From: Eledone cirrhosa
Taxonomy: Eukaryota
Reading direction: 5' to 3'
Assembly: GCA_964016885.1 (NCBI GenBank)
Contig: OZ024752.1
Span: forward strand, 40,052,001 to 40,116,000
Length of the DNA: 64,000 bases
Shown here: positions 40,201 to 53,805 of the stretch, one piece after another
How the letters are laid out: the number at the start of each line of letters is the position of its first letter
How positions within the stretch are numbered: position 1 is the first letter of the stretch
Program-made: the position numbers and the translations under genes
Notes under the pieces: model-generated
The model's database searches: none
Told to the model about the DNA's origin: nothing
Seen by the model: only the letters and a program-made list of their open reading frames with translations

Positions 40201-43200
40201 ATCATTTCGTAGTCTAATAACATAGCCAATTCTCGCTCAAATGATCTCAAAGTTTAACAAAATGTATAAAAACTAACCAAGTTTAATGTCAAATGATTTC
40301 TTTTTTTTTTTTCAGGTTGAAGAATGTTGTTCACTAGAAATGAAAAGGTGATAGAATATGCTCAAACACAGTCAATGATGTCAGTTTTTATACATCCTAA
40401 TGATACTGTGCATGATATTGTACTTTTAATAAGTTTCATCATACAAGAGCAACCATATATGCTTGACAATAATAGTGGCTGGAAAATGTCAGGTGAGGTC
40501 AATTGGAAGACTTTTGTGAAAAATTAAAAGAAGAAAATAAACATAAGTTGCATGTAATTTTGGTTATCGAGTGCTTAGCAGGCTAACAATTAAGAAATTT
40601 TACTGACAGCAACAAACAATACAATCAATTCATCCATTGACACAATTTTTCTGATTCTTTGTAGATTCTGAAACAAAAACAGATGAATATTGGGAAGGTT
40701 TCTTTCATATAACAAAACTCAACTTTTCTTTTCAGACTTTCTGGGACCAATGAGATTGGCATGACTGATGTTCTTGAACATTTATAAACTAATATGGGAA
40801 GGGAGAACATTTTAGAGGGGTGATGTTCTGACAATGAAAGACAGAGAAGTGCTTTGTACAAGGGCTCAGAGCAGAGTAAGGTGGGTGGTGAGACTGGGAG
40901 AGATAAGTGATTTAAGTAAGCTTCAGTGTAAGCGGCATAAAACCATCCTGTTCCAAGGGACAGTAGCGGTAGAAAACAGAGAAAACCTGGTGAGAACTGA
41001 TCTCAAATCGATGTGACTCACAGAAGAGATGATGTGCTGAAAAGGACCTGTCCAACCCATGCAAGCATGGAAAAGCAAACGAAAAACAATGATGTTAACA
41101 GGATAATTATAAAAAGGAAATATTACACACACACACAAAATATTCTTGTCAAATTTAGATTCCTCTTATATAATAAAGCTACAGGTTAACAGCTATCATA
41201 AATAACTTTTCATATTTCAGATAACATGGCTATTAATAAATCAACTACAGACAGCTCAATGATGTTTGTTCTTCAAAGACATGAAAGTACTTGAGCAAAA
41301 CCCAAGTATTATATGAAATGAGATGTCTCCCATACCTATCTTTTTATAGCCTATTTTAGCTGTGAGGTACATAATTTATGTTCAGTTTCATTGCTATATA
41401 TGATAGATTTTTGAAGTTTAGACATCATGGCGCTGATGAAAACTGTTTTTGGCAGTATCGGTAGGGGATCGAACGCCATGCTTTGCAGCATAGAGTTACA
41501 GTCCTTTGCGGTTTGAGTTCAAATCTCGTCGAGGTTAATTTTGCCTTTCATTCTTATGGGGGTCGATAAAATAGAGTACCAGTAATGCACTGGGGTAATT
41601 GCTGGCCTTGTGCCAAAAGTAGAAACAATTATTATTATTACTAAGGGCAGTGGATTGGTAGTATCAGTAGATCGTCAGATATGCTTTACAGCATAGAGTT
41701 ACATCCCTTTACATCCTGAGTTCAAATCCTGCTGAGGTTCGCTTTACCCTTTCATTCTTATAGGATCAATAAAATAAAATACCAGTAATGCACTGAGGTC
41801 AATTTAATTGACTTCCCCCTCACCCAAAATTGTGGGCCATGAGCCTAAATCAGAAACCATTGTTATTGGCAGGGTCATTGTAGTGAAATCAATATTATGG
41901 TTGCCTAGCAATGAATAAATTCCAGGTTCAAGTCTTGCAAGAGGATTTGTTGATCGATTCTGTCTCAGATTGCTGCTTATCATATATAATGCCATCTTAT
42001 ATAACATGGAGGCACATGGCTTAGTGGTTAGAGCATTGGCCTTGCAATCGAAAGGTTGTGAGTTCAATTCTCAGACCGGGTGATGTGTTGTTTCCTTGAG
42101 CAAAACACTTTATTTCACATTGCTCCAGTTTACTCAGCTGTAGAAATGAGATGATAGGGACTGGGATCCCTATCATTCCACTGCAAAGTGGTCGTGGAGG
42201 TGCCACGGCAAAAAAGCACCCAGCACTCACTGTAAATGAGGTTGGTGTTAGGAAGGGCATCCAGCTGTAGAAATCAAGCCAGCATCAGTTCCCGTCCCAC
42301 CCTTGCCAGCAGGGAAAAGTGGACGTAAAATGAAATGATAACACATGTATAACCTATTTGGATGTTTGTTTGTTTTAAGCTGATGAATTGGGTGAATTAT
42401 CAGAGCAGCCCTTGCTCTGGCTGAGTTCAAATCCTGTCATGGGTGACCTGTGTGTTGCATCCTTCCTTCAGTAGGTTGCCAAAGCACTGAATTATTTGTG
42501 CAGTGGCCTGCATGATTATCAGTAGTTTACTGAATAGAATTTAATTACAAAAATGACATGCAACAAGCTAAATGTCAAATAAATAAAACTGACAGTCATT
42601 GGTTTGAAAATTCTGTTGAACTTAAAATAACCAAGCAACACACACACACTGGGACTTAATTACTGATGTCTCACTAATTAGCTTCAAATGATTACTTTCT
42701 TAATACTTATTTTACCAGGCCATATGATACTTTCAAGCCACTTAGCTTTGTCTAAGCATATAAACATTATGAGCATAAACAATTAATTTATATTAAAATT
42801 GTTACTGAATGACTTTTGTTAAGTAAATATTAATTCTAATATCTTCTAATATATTCTACACCCTAAATAATTACAACAATAATATAAAAGAGTTAATAAA
42901 CAAAAATAAATTTAGTTCTAATATTCATTCTTTTATCTTTTTAGAGATTGTATTTTCCCCCAAGTTGGCATATGCTGGATGAGTTTGAAAATCAGAACTT
43001 CTACCGGTATATATAAAACAGACTTCCTGATAAGTACTCTTCCTAACACAAACTAATATATCAGATTAAATAAAGTAATAATTATTAATTACTTGTGTTG
43101 ACAACAACAATTACACTACAACCAATGTAATAATACTCTTGTGGGATAGTTAAACAATAACATTTAAAAAAAGGGTCAATTCTAAAGTTAAAATAAATAA

Positions 43201-46200
43201 ATAGCATAGTCAAGAAACATTCAAGGCAGTACTAGATAAGTCAATATTGTAAAGAAAATTTGAAATTTCGTAAACGAGAGTAAACAAAACAATTGCAGAA
43301 ATCCATCTATGTTTGAGTAGTGTAACACGATATAATAGGGCAAAACTAGATTTTCTTTTCTATTTTTTGCAACTAGATTTTTCAAAGCCCCCAGTCCACA
43401 CTGTAAAATGGGTCATGATAGTGACACAACAAAAAGCATCCAGCCCACACTGTAAAGTGGTTATGTAGGTGTCCCTACAAAAAGCACCCAGCCCACACTG
43501 TAAAGTGGTCATATAGGTGTCACTACAAAAAGCACCCAGTCCACACTGAAAATGTGGTTGGCATTAGGAAGCACATCCAGCTGTAGAAACCAAGCCCAAA
43601 TCAGTTCTTTATAAACAAGACATGGTCACCTGATCAGACATTTCTCACAACAGGACAACTCGTCTAACCTATGCTAGTGTGGAAAAATGGACATTAAACA
43701 GTGATAAACAGTAAAATGAACTACACTGAAATATTACTTTTAATTGATGTCTTCTCTTTGTTACTATTATTTCTTTCAACCATTATATACCTTCTTTTTG
43801 TTGGTATGACAAGGAGAAAAAGCATTTCCTAGAGTGAGATGATTGCAATTGGTGCAGTAAATGTGAAGTTGAAAAGTTCCATGTGTATTTATTTAAGGAA
43901 CAATTGAAAAGAAAGACACATTATGCTTAGTTCAGAAACCAGACAGCAAACATAATATAACTATTGAGAAGCAGGCAGGTGGGATAATATGGAGATGAAA
44001 TGCTTCTAGCAAGTATTGAATTACAATTTTGGGTTATAAAGCCATATAGAATCATTGGGAAAAGGAATTTCAACAACTAGTTATTTTTTTCTTAATGTTT
44101 AAGAAAAATTGTGCTGAGTATAGAGCAAAATTTTAGCTTTCACTGGTTGAGAAATCTAATAAATAGTTGATGGAAGACACAGGAAAATGTAATTTCATAA
44201 CCACAAAAGAAAATTAAGTAAATTGAAGAGATTTTTCTTAATATTTAAGAAACATTACCGATATCTCTTTTTAATGACATTTAAACAGATTACATAGAAA
44301 AGATAGGAGTATTGATACATTGAAAAAATATATTCCATGAAAAATTAAATGCATAAATATTTGCAGTCATTTTCAAATATCACAAAGGCAAAACCAATAT
44401 ATGGTTTTTAGGAGTTTAGCTAAAACACTTAAGCTTCTACAAATCATAACCAAATTAGTTTAAACACAGAAGAAAATATTTCAGATACAATGCATGATGA
44501 TATCTTCTTGATTGTCTTTCACACAATCTCTCTCTCGCTGTATTTCTCCCTCAACATTTTGTAGGGGGAAAATAATTTTGGTTTATGAACATTTCAGTTG
44601 CCAAACAGCCTTCAGAAACAAATTAAGTTCATGAACTGAGGTTCCACTGTAAATCTAAGATGATGAGTACCTTCAAATTTTGACATTAACCCTTTAGCAT
44701 TTACATTACTCTATATTTACTATTGTATTTTCACAATAAAGACTTTATCTCTCATAATATCGAATCTATGAAGTTTTGATACTATTTATTTTGAGAACAA
44801 TACCTTAATGTCAGGAACAGAAAGAGGAGAGAGAATTCTGGCCAGATATGGTTGGTTTAAATGCTAAAGGGTTAAAGAATTCATGGTGTCTGAAAACCTC
44901 TCTCAATATATAGCTCATCAAAATTCAGAGCCCTCTCTGTAACACTTCTGTTAGAATGCTTCATGCTTCTTCAGAGACCCAATAAAACATTTACCTGCAT
45001 TAGTTGTAACTATTGCAAAACCATGCATCAAAACCATACAAAAATTGCATCACTTTTCAATTTCCATTCAGATAATATTTTCCTGGCTTTTATTTGACAT
45101 TCCTACAATCAGAACTATTTTACAATTCCAGTAAACAATTTATGGAAAGTATATTCATTAACCCTCTCAGACCGGGCCCCCCCCCCCCCTCTCTCAAACT
45201 TTACACCTGGACTCCTGAGCAAAAAATAAATAAATACACAGCTCAATAGTAATGATTGCAAACAAACTAATGGACAGAATCAACACAAGGCACAGTAAAT
45301 GTGTCTACCCACCCTCCATCTAGATTTACATCTCCACACCGCCCCCATCAGTATCTGCTGTGCGAGGGTCACACTGAATTTGTTTACCTGAATTGCTACT
45401 TTCCTCACCACTTTCACAAGTTTCATTGTCCAAATCACTCATGTTGTCTACATAACGGTAAACTTGTTGAAATTCTTGCTTATTTTCGGCCATAGAATAA
45501 ATATCATCATTAATTCCCTCAAGTTTAGGCCTTGTTTGTTTACCAGACAAAGTGTTGGGTTCATCACACTCGTTTCATTGCAAGAAGATCCATTTTCTTT
45601 TTCAATTAAAAACAAAGTAAATATAGGGGACGCCATTAACAATGAGTTGTAAACACATGACTACAAAGCAGCAACATGATTGGTTGTCTATTTTTAGTAT
45701 TTTATCTTTTTCTACATGTGTTCTTCATTAGAGCTTTAATGGGAATCCAGTAGAGATTATGTTTAGGCTATTACTGATATAGCGGGAACATAGCACAACA
45801 GTGTTAAGGGAGAAAGAAAACTTAAACCCACCCATAGCTAGCAATTTTTTTAAGACAGAACAGAAATTGTCAATGTAAGATATAGAAACCGCAACAATAA
45901 AACTTTGAGGCTAAACCTTTGATCAAGATCATTCATTAACATCAATATTCAAATATATATTATACAGCTAATAAAATAGAAAAAAAATGTTTAATCTATG
46001 TTGGTGAATTAAAGACAGTTTCTAGAAGTAACTGAAAAATAAATGGTTAGTTTTAATTATTAAGTTCCTAAGTATATAAGCAAAAACAATTATTTTAAAA
46101 TCAAATAAAAAATAATTCACTCCAAGAAGAAAATAGCAATCATCACCTGTTACTAAATAAACAGAAAAGAATGCAATTGCCTTAAATTTCAAACATAGCA

Positions 46201-49200
46201 TTGGATAAAAATGTATCACAATAATAGAGAAACATTTGAGATGTTCATTTTACAATTTTATAATACTGATTTAAACCAAAATATGTATCATACATAGATG
46301 CTAACAGAGAACGTTATGGAATTTTTACAAATTAAAAACTTTAGAAAAATGTGAATTATACAAAATATTATTAATATAAATTATCTTCTTATAATGATTA
46401 AGATTATAGATTTTTTTAATTAATGAACAAAGAAATAAATATTTCTCAATTAATGAAAGAACATTAATATATTCTACCTACTGAAATAGAAGCATAAATG
46501 ACATTCTAAAAGTTACCAATTCATTAATTTCCACAATATTCTCTATATAAAACATGACACACTGTATCTATTCTACATTATTTAAGAGCAAAAAAAAAAA
46601 AAAAAAATATCTAAACCTTTATCTCACCTGATACGACCGGATAATCGACTGCACAGAGAGATGATGTTCAATGATCTTCTGGCTGGGCATAGCTGGAGCG
46701 GGCACCATCTCAGTACTGGTGGGAACTGGAGCTCCACCTAATGTAGGTGGGCGCATGTAGGCAGAACTAACTCCCCGTGCTGTATTTCGAAAATACACAT
46801 CCCAAGACTAGAAAAGTAAAAAAAAAAACAGTGGGGGGGTGTGAGAGCATGGTGGGATATAAAATGAATTGAAGTAAGGTGGTAGCATAATGGAAGAGAA
46901 GAGAGTAATGACAAAAGTGACAGAGTTTGATGGATGAGGTAGCTATGTATCATATTCATCGTCGTTTAACGTCCATTCTATATAATAATAATTGTTTCTA
47001 CTTTTGGCACAAGGCCAACAATTATCCCACTGTATTACTGGTACTTTATTTTATCGACCCCGTAAGGATGAAAGGCAACGTTAACCTCGGCGGGATTTGA
47101 ACTCAGACCATAAAGGGCCGTAACTCTTTGCTGCAAAGCATGGCATCCAACCCTTTACCGATAGTGCCAATCCACCGAATAATAATTGTTTCTACTTTTG
47201 GCACAAGGCCATCAATTACCCAGTACATTACTGGTACTTTATTTTATCGACCCCGTTAATGAAATTATATATACAACAAAATACTTAAATTATTTTATTT
47301 TAAAAAAACCTTAAAGTTATAACTACAGAAAATCGTAGAGTATATATAGCTGTTCTTAAAATAAAGATTTATGAACAAACATGACAAATTATAAAAGAAT
47401 AATAATATCAATCAGATGCAGGATAGTCTAGGCTAACCCCAAATGTTGGGGTAAATACATTTTGCATCCAAACATAACCACTTCATATATATTTTAAACT
47501 TAATTCCCTAAAATATATTACTGGCATTTTCCCCCTTGCCATCAGAAGACAAAAAGAAAACCTGCTTGCGTCCTATCCACCAAAAGTATGAATATGACAA
47601 AAAAATATATTGTTTACACAAGCCATGAATAAATCATCATCACCGTTTTACGTCCGTTCTTCTACGTTAGCATGAGTTAGACGGGTTGTCCTGTTGTGGG
47701 CAGTGTCTGGTCGGCTGACCATGCCTTGCTCATACAGGAACTGATTTGGCTTGATTTCTACAGCTGGATGCCCTTCCTAACACCAACCTCATTTACAGTG
47801 AGTGCTGGGTGCTTTTTCGTGGCACCTACATGTCCACTTTACAGTGTGGGCTGGGTGCTTTTTTGCCGTGGCACCTCCACGACCACCTTGCGGTGGGGGG
47901 TGTGGGGGCATATTGTCTATATGCTTCAGCTTGTACCCATGGGAGGTCGGGAACTCTGTATTACTCCGTGACGCCAGAGGTGTAATTGAGTAAGGTCGGC
48001 TTTTATCACCTCATCCCAGGTCATCTTGGGTCTCCCCACTCCGCGTATAGTTGTATATTAACTTTTAACCCAAACCTTTTTTTCTTCAAAATAACAGTGT
48101 GTCTTATATTCCGAAAAATATGGTACATGAGAATTTAGACTATTAGTACTGAAGAAATTGTTCTGAAAAACATCCAAAAGAGAAAAAAAAGAGTCTATTC
48201 TACACAAATTTTAATGATTTTGTTATCAATTCCACTTTCTAGAACAAATATATTTGTGTTGATATATTAGAAATATGACAATAATAATTGCATTGAATAA
48301 AAAAAAAATATTATTGATAATTGTTTGTAGTCTCTTTAATTAGCAGTTGTATTTAATTTGAAAGATGTTAAAATAACAGAAATAGAATGCCAAGGAGAAA
48401 CTATGAATTACATACACACACATACACAATGCTGGGCACTGCAGGGGTCGAAATGTTTTGATTAGAATCCATACGTGTGAGGAGCAGATCAATATTGGGG
48501 TTAGGTCTATCACATTGATAAAGACCTCGAGCTAATCATCTGTGGAACATATGAGGTGTTATCAAATCATTTCTGAACTAGTTCTGTAGCACACCAACAG
48601 ATGGTAACACAAAAATGTATCATACTTAGAAATAAAGTATGGGTTTGCATCATAAAAGGCATCTGGCCATGGAATAATGCCTTAGGTCTTATCCAAACCA
48701 TTCTATAATGGAAATCATCATTTTTTAACCTCTATTTTCACACAGACACACACATACACTTACCAATGATCGTGTGTGTGTGTGTATATATATATATATA
48801 TTTATAGTTAACCTACAGTCAGTAGGCCCCTCCAAACCAAACATACACCTCAACCCACTACCCCTACTCCATCCTCCCACTCCCGCCAACACCACCCTTG
48901 CTCTATAAAGTTATGTTGGTACCACAACATCCAGTCCAAACTAATGAGATCATGTAGGTGTCACGACAAAAAAAACAGTCTACACTGTAATGTGGTCGTG
49001 TAGGTAACAAGGTAAAAAGCTCCCAGTCCACACTGTACATGTGGTTGGTGTTAGGAAGGGCATCCAGCCGTAGAAAACCTCCCAGATAGTCCTATACGAG
49101 CGAGACACAGTCACCCGATCAATCTTGCCTCAAATGGGACAACTCCCGTCTAATCCATGTTAGCGTGGAAGATAGACGTTAAACGATGATGATTATATAT

Positions 49201-52200
49201 ATATATATATATATAATCATCATCGTTTAACATCTATCTTCCACGCTATATAAGGCGTGTGGCTGAGTGGTTAGAGAACTGGATTCGCAATCGTGAGGTT
49301 GTGAGTTCGATTCCTGGACCGGGCGATGCGTTATGTCCTTGAGCAAGACACTTTATTTCACGTTGCTCCTTCTACCTGGAGTTGCGACCGATAGATAGTA
49401 TTAGCAATTGGAAAGACCAATGGAAACACTGTTTCCTCGGTCCGATTTGACGAAAGTCGATCGACTGTCGATATATATATATATATATAAATCCTTTCCT
49501 TTTAAAAGTATATAGAAGTTATTTACAACTTTTACTCCCTATGTGACTTAATCAGCAATGTATAGAGGGGGGGGGGGGACATGCCCATATGAGCTATGCA
49601 TCACATCTACTTATACCACATACATCCAAACATCTTTCTATGCCACCATTCACCACTCCCCCTTCCTCTTCAAGACCCCTTCTCATCTATCATGCTCTCC
49701 TGCCACCCACTACTCGTTCCCTCACCAGCAATATGCAGCTATTTCTTCCATCATACACTTACTCCTTTCTGTCATTACTGCCACCCCCTCTATTACTCGT
49801 CACTCACTCTCTCTTCCATTACGCTCCCTTTGCAACTACCTTACACTATTTCATTCAGTTTATTCCACCATGCTCTCACACCTGCTGCTTCTCTCATATT
49901 TTCTTCTAATCACCACCACCCTCGTCATGCACAGAGAAAACATTGCATGTTGAGTACCCCTTCAGTCTTGCAAAATTCAATGCAAACTCACTAGTGGTGG
50001 CACCTCGATAAAATACACCCAGTACACTCTGTAAAGTGGTAGTGGCAGTGTCACAAAATACACCCAGAACACTCTGTAAAGTGGTAGTGGCAGTGTCACA
50101 ACAAAACACCCAGCACACTCTGTAAAGTGGTAGTGCTGGCACCATGACAAAATACACCCAGCACACTCTGTAAAGTGGTAGTGGCAGTGTCACAAAATAC
50201 ACCCAGCACACACTGTAAAGCAGCAGTGCCAACATCACAACAAAACACACCCAGTACACATTGTAAAGTGGTAGTGCTGGCACCATGACAAAATACACCC
50301 AGCACACTCTGTAAAGCAGCAGTGCCAACATCACAACAAAACACACCCAGTACACATTGTAAAGTGGTAGTACTGGCACCATGACAAAATACACCCAGCA
50401 CACTCTGTAAAGCAGCAGTGCCAACATCACAACAAAACACACCCAGTACACATTGTAAAGTGGTAGTGCTGGCACCATGACAAAATACACCCAGCACACT
50501 CTGTAAAGCAGCAGTGCCAACATCACAACAAAACACACCCAGTACACATTGTAAAGTGGCAGTGCTGGCACCATGACAAAAAGCATCTTAGACACTCTCT
50601 AAAGTGGTTGGCATGAGAAAAGGCATCTAGCTACAAAAGCCATGTCAAAAATGGAATGCACGAGCAAAATATGGTTCTCCAACTTCTCATGTTTCAGACA
50701 ATGATGAACTGTCTAACCTATACAAACATAAAAAAAAAACAGGTATAAAATGCTGATGAGTACACTACCATTATGCCAACAAACCCACCCTGCTTTTTCC
50801 GTTTTGGCGTAATGGTAGTGTACTATGAGAGGTGTGGGTTCAACTCCCATGTCAGCTGATATCCATCTCTTTTCCATTCAGTGGGTTTAGACACCAGACA
50901 TGGAGCCACATGGCTTAGTGGTTAGAGCATTGGCCTTGCAATCGAAAGGTTGTGAGTTTAATTCTCAGACCGGGTGATGTGTTGTTTCCTTGAGCAAGAC
51001 ACTTTATTTCACATTGCTCCAGTTTACTCAGCTGTTAAAATGAGATGATAGGGACAGGGGTCCCTATCATTCCACTGCAAAGTGGTCGTGGAGGTGCCAC
51101 GGCAAAAAAGCACCCAGCACTCACTGTAAATGAGGTTGGTGTTAGGAAGGGCATCCAGCTGTAGAAATCAAGCCAGAACCAGTTCCCGTCCCACCCTTGC
51201 AAGCAGGGAAAAGCGGACGTAAAATGAAATGATGATGATGATGATGATGATGACTATTTAATCATTGTTACACCATAGTCTCTATTTCTATTCTAAACTT
51301 CATTCCCCACATTCCAAACAAAAAAAAAAATATGGTTGAAAGTGAAAGCAGTCAAACGTGAAGGTCATTAAGTGTATAGTGGCTTTATATAAACATACTG
51401 TTTACATTTGAAAGCATTATTTCACTTCCTGCAAAATTTAGTTTTTCCGTTTTCATTCATGATAATGTAATTAAAAATGGAAACCAAAATATATTCATAC
51501 ACTTTAAATGCAGATGAAATATGTATGTATACATGTGTGCATTTAAGTAAAAAAACCCCACTAAAGTTCATATCCCTATTCAATCTCATTATTGTGGATT
51601 GGCAGTATCGGTAGAGGGTTGGACGCCATGCTTTCCAGTATAGTTACGTCCCTTTATGGTCTGAGTTCAAATCCCGCCGAGGTTGACTTTGCCTTTCATC
51701 CTTACGGGGTCGATAAAATAAAGTACCAGTAATGCTCTGGGTAATTGCTGGCCTTGTGCCTAAAGTAGAAACAATTATTTTCTTTAACATTGTTACCAAT
51801 CCAACCCAAAACCAGCTCTGGTTCTATAAAATAAAGTATGCCATTTTAAAGGTTTCCAATTTATATTAAAATCTTCCAACATAATTTTATATAAAAATCT
51901 TACATTAAGTTATATCTTAGTAATGAAATAATTGTTTCTACTTTTGGCACAAGGCCAGCAATTATCCCAGTGTATTACTGGTACTTTATTTTATCGACCC
52001 CGACCCCCGTAAGGATGAAAGGCAAAGTTAACCTCGGCGAGATTTGAACTCAGTACGTAAAGGGACGTAACTGTGCTGCAAAGCATGGAGTCCGACCCTC
52101 TACCAATAATGAAATAATTGTTTCTACGTTAGGCACAAGGCCAGCAATTACCCAGTGCATTACTAGTACTTTATTTTATCGACCCCGTAAGGATGAAAGG

Positions 52201-53750
52201 CAAAGTTAAGCTCGGCGGGATTTGAACTCAATAATGAAATAAAGAATAATGTTAATAAATCCCTTAAAATTCTTCATTAATTAATTGACGTAGAGGGCGG
52301 TGGATTGGCAGTAACGGTAGAGAGTCGGACGCCATGCTTTCCAGCATAGTTACGTCCCTTTACGATCTGAGTTCTAATCCCGCCGAGGTTGACTTTGCCT
52401 TTCATCCTTACGGGGTCGATAAAATAAAGTACCAGTAATGCTCTGGGTAATTGCTGGCCTTGTGCCTGAAGTAGAAACAATTAATTAATTGAAGTAGAGT
52501 GTATTTCATTAGAAATGGGTTCATGTTTCCTTATCTACCACACCTTCCAATCCTAGCCCAAACATCACCTTGCAAATAACAATAACTCTTACATATTACC
52601 TATTCACACACCCACAACACAAGCCATGACACTGATTTGGTCACATACACACACAGGTATATACACCACTCCTACAAACAAATCAGTTGCTTTAAAAGAG
52701 GATTACATCCATGTTTAGGCACCATTTTGATTCAGTCAATCAAATTAACTTATTTTCTTGAAATCTGGTACTTAATTTTATCCATCTCTATTTTGTCAAA
52801 CTGGTAAATTATGGGGGGAGACACACGATGTGTGTGTTTGGTCCCACAACAACAAACGCTCAGTCTACACTGTAAAGTGGTCATGTAAGTATCGCGACAA
52901 AAAACACCAAGCCCACACTGTCAAGTGGTCATCTTGGTGCCACAATAAAAAACATCCAGTACACACTAAATGTAGTTGGCGTCCAGCTGTAGAAACCAAG
53001 CCAAAATCAGTCCTGTATGGGTAAGATGCGGTCATCTGATCTGGCTTGTCTTACAATAGGACAACTCGTCTAACCAATACTAGTGTAGAAAATGGACGTT
53101 AAACAGATTTTTTATATATATATATAACGAAGGAAATGTGGTAAGGAACCAGGTGGACCATAACGCACCAAAGTACTCAATACTTAGGGTAGTAGAGTGG
53201 GTAATAGGAACGAGTAGGACCCCGACGGCTGAGCTCAAGCCGTTTCGACGGCTAATTCAGGACTAGAATTAGCCGTCGAAACGGCTTGAGCTCCTACTCG
53301 TTCCTATATATATATATATATATGATATTAAATAAATGGAAACTATATTTATAAAACCATATTTATTTCGTTATATATATTTCAGGGATATCATATTAAC
53401 AATATGTTATGCCTTCTTCAGACAAAATACAATATAAACAGTCTTATAAATAAATAGATACGACATACCTTTCAATCACCTTGTATTTGGGAGGTTGATA
53501 CAAGGTGATTGAAAGGTATGTTGTATCTATTTATTTATAAGACTGTTTATATTGTATTTTGTCTGAAGAAGGCATAACATATTGTTAATATGATATCCCT
53601 GAAATATATATAACAAAATAAATATGGTTTTATAAATATAGTTTCTATTTATTTAATATCATAAATATACTCCAAATACTTGTTGAGTGCTTTTATATCA
53701 GTTATAAATATTTACTCGTTGTTAACCCAACAATTTAAATATAACTTTCC

Positions 53751-53805
<55 letters not shown>

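Noticed and set aside
42007-42085. tRNA gene (also 49253 and 50805-50855)
   Set aside because: A and B boxes continue into SINE bodies and there is no proper acceptor stem.
49558-49994. Overlapping 106-132 aa ORFs
   Set aside because: C/T-rich low-complexity sequence open in all three frames with no recognisable domain.
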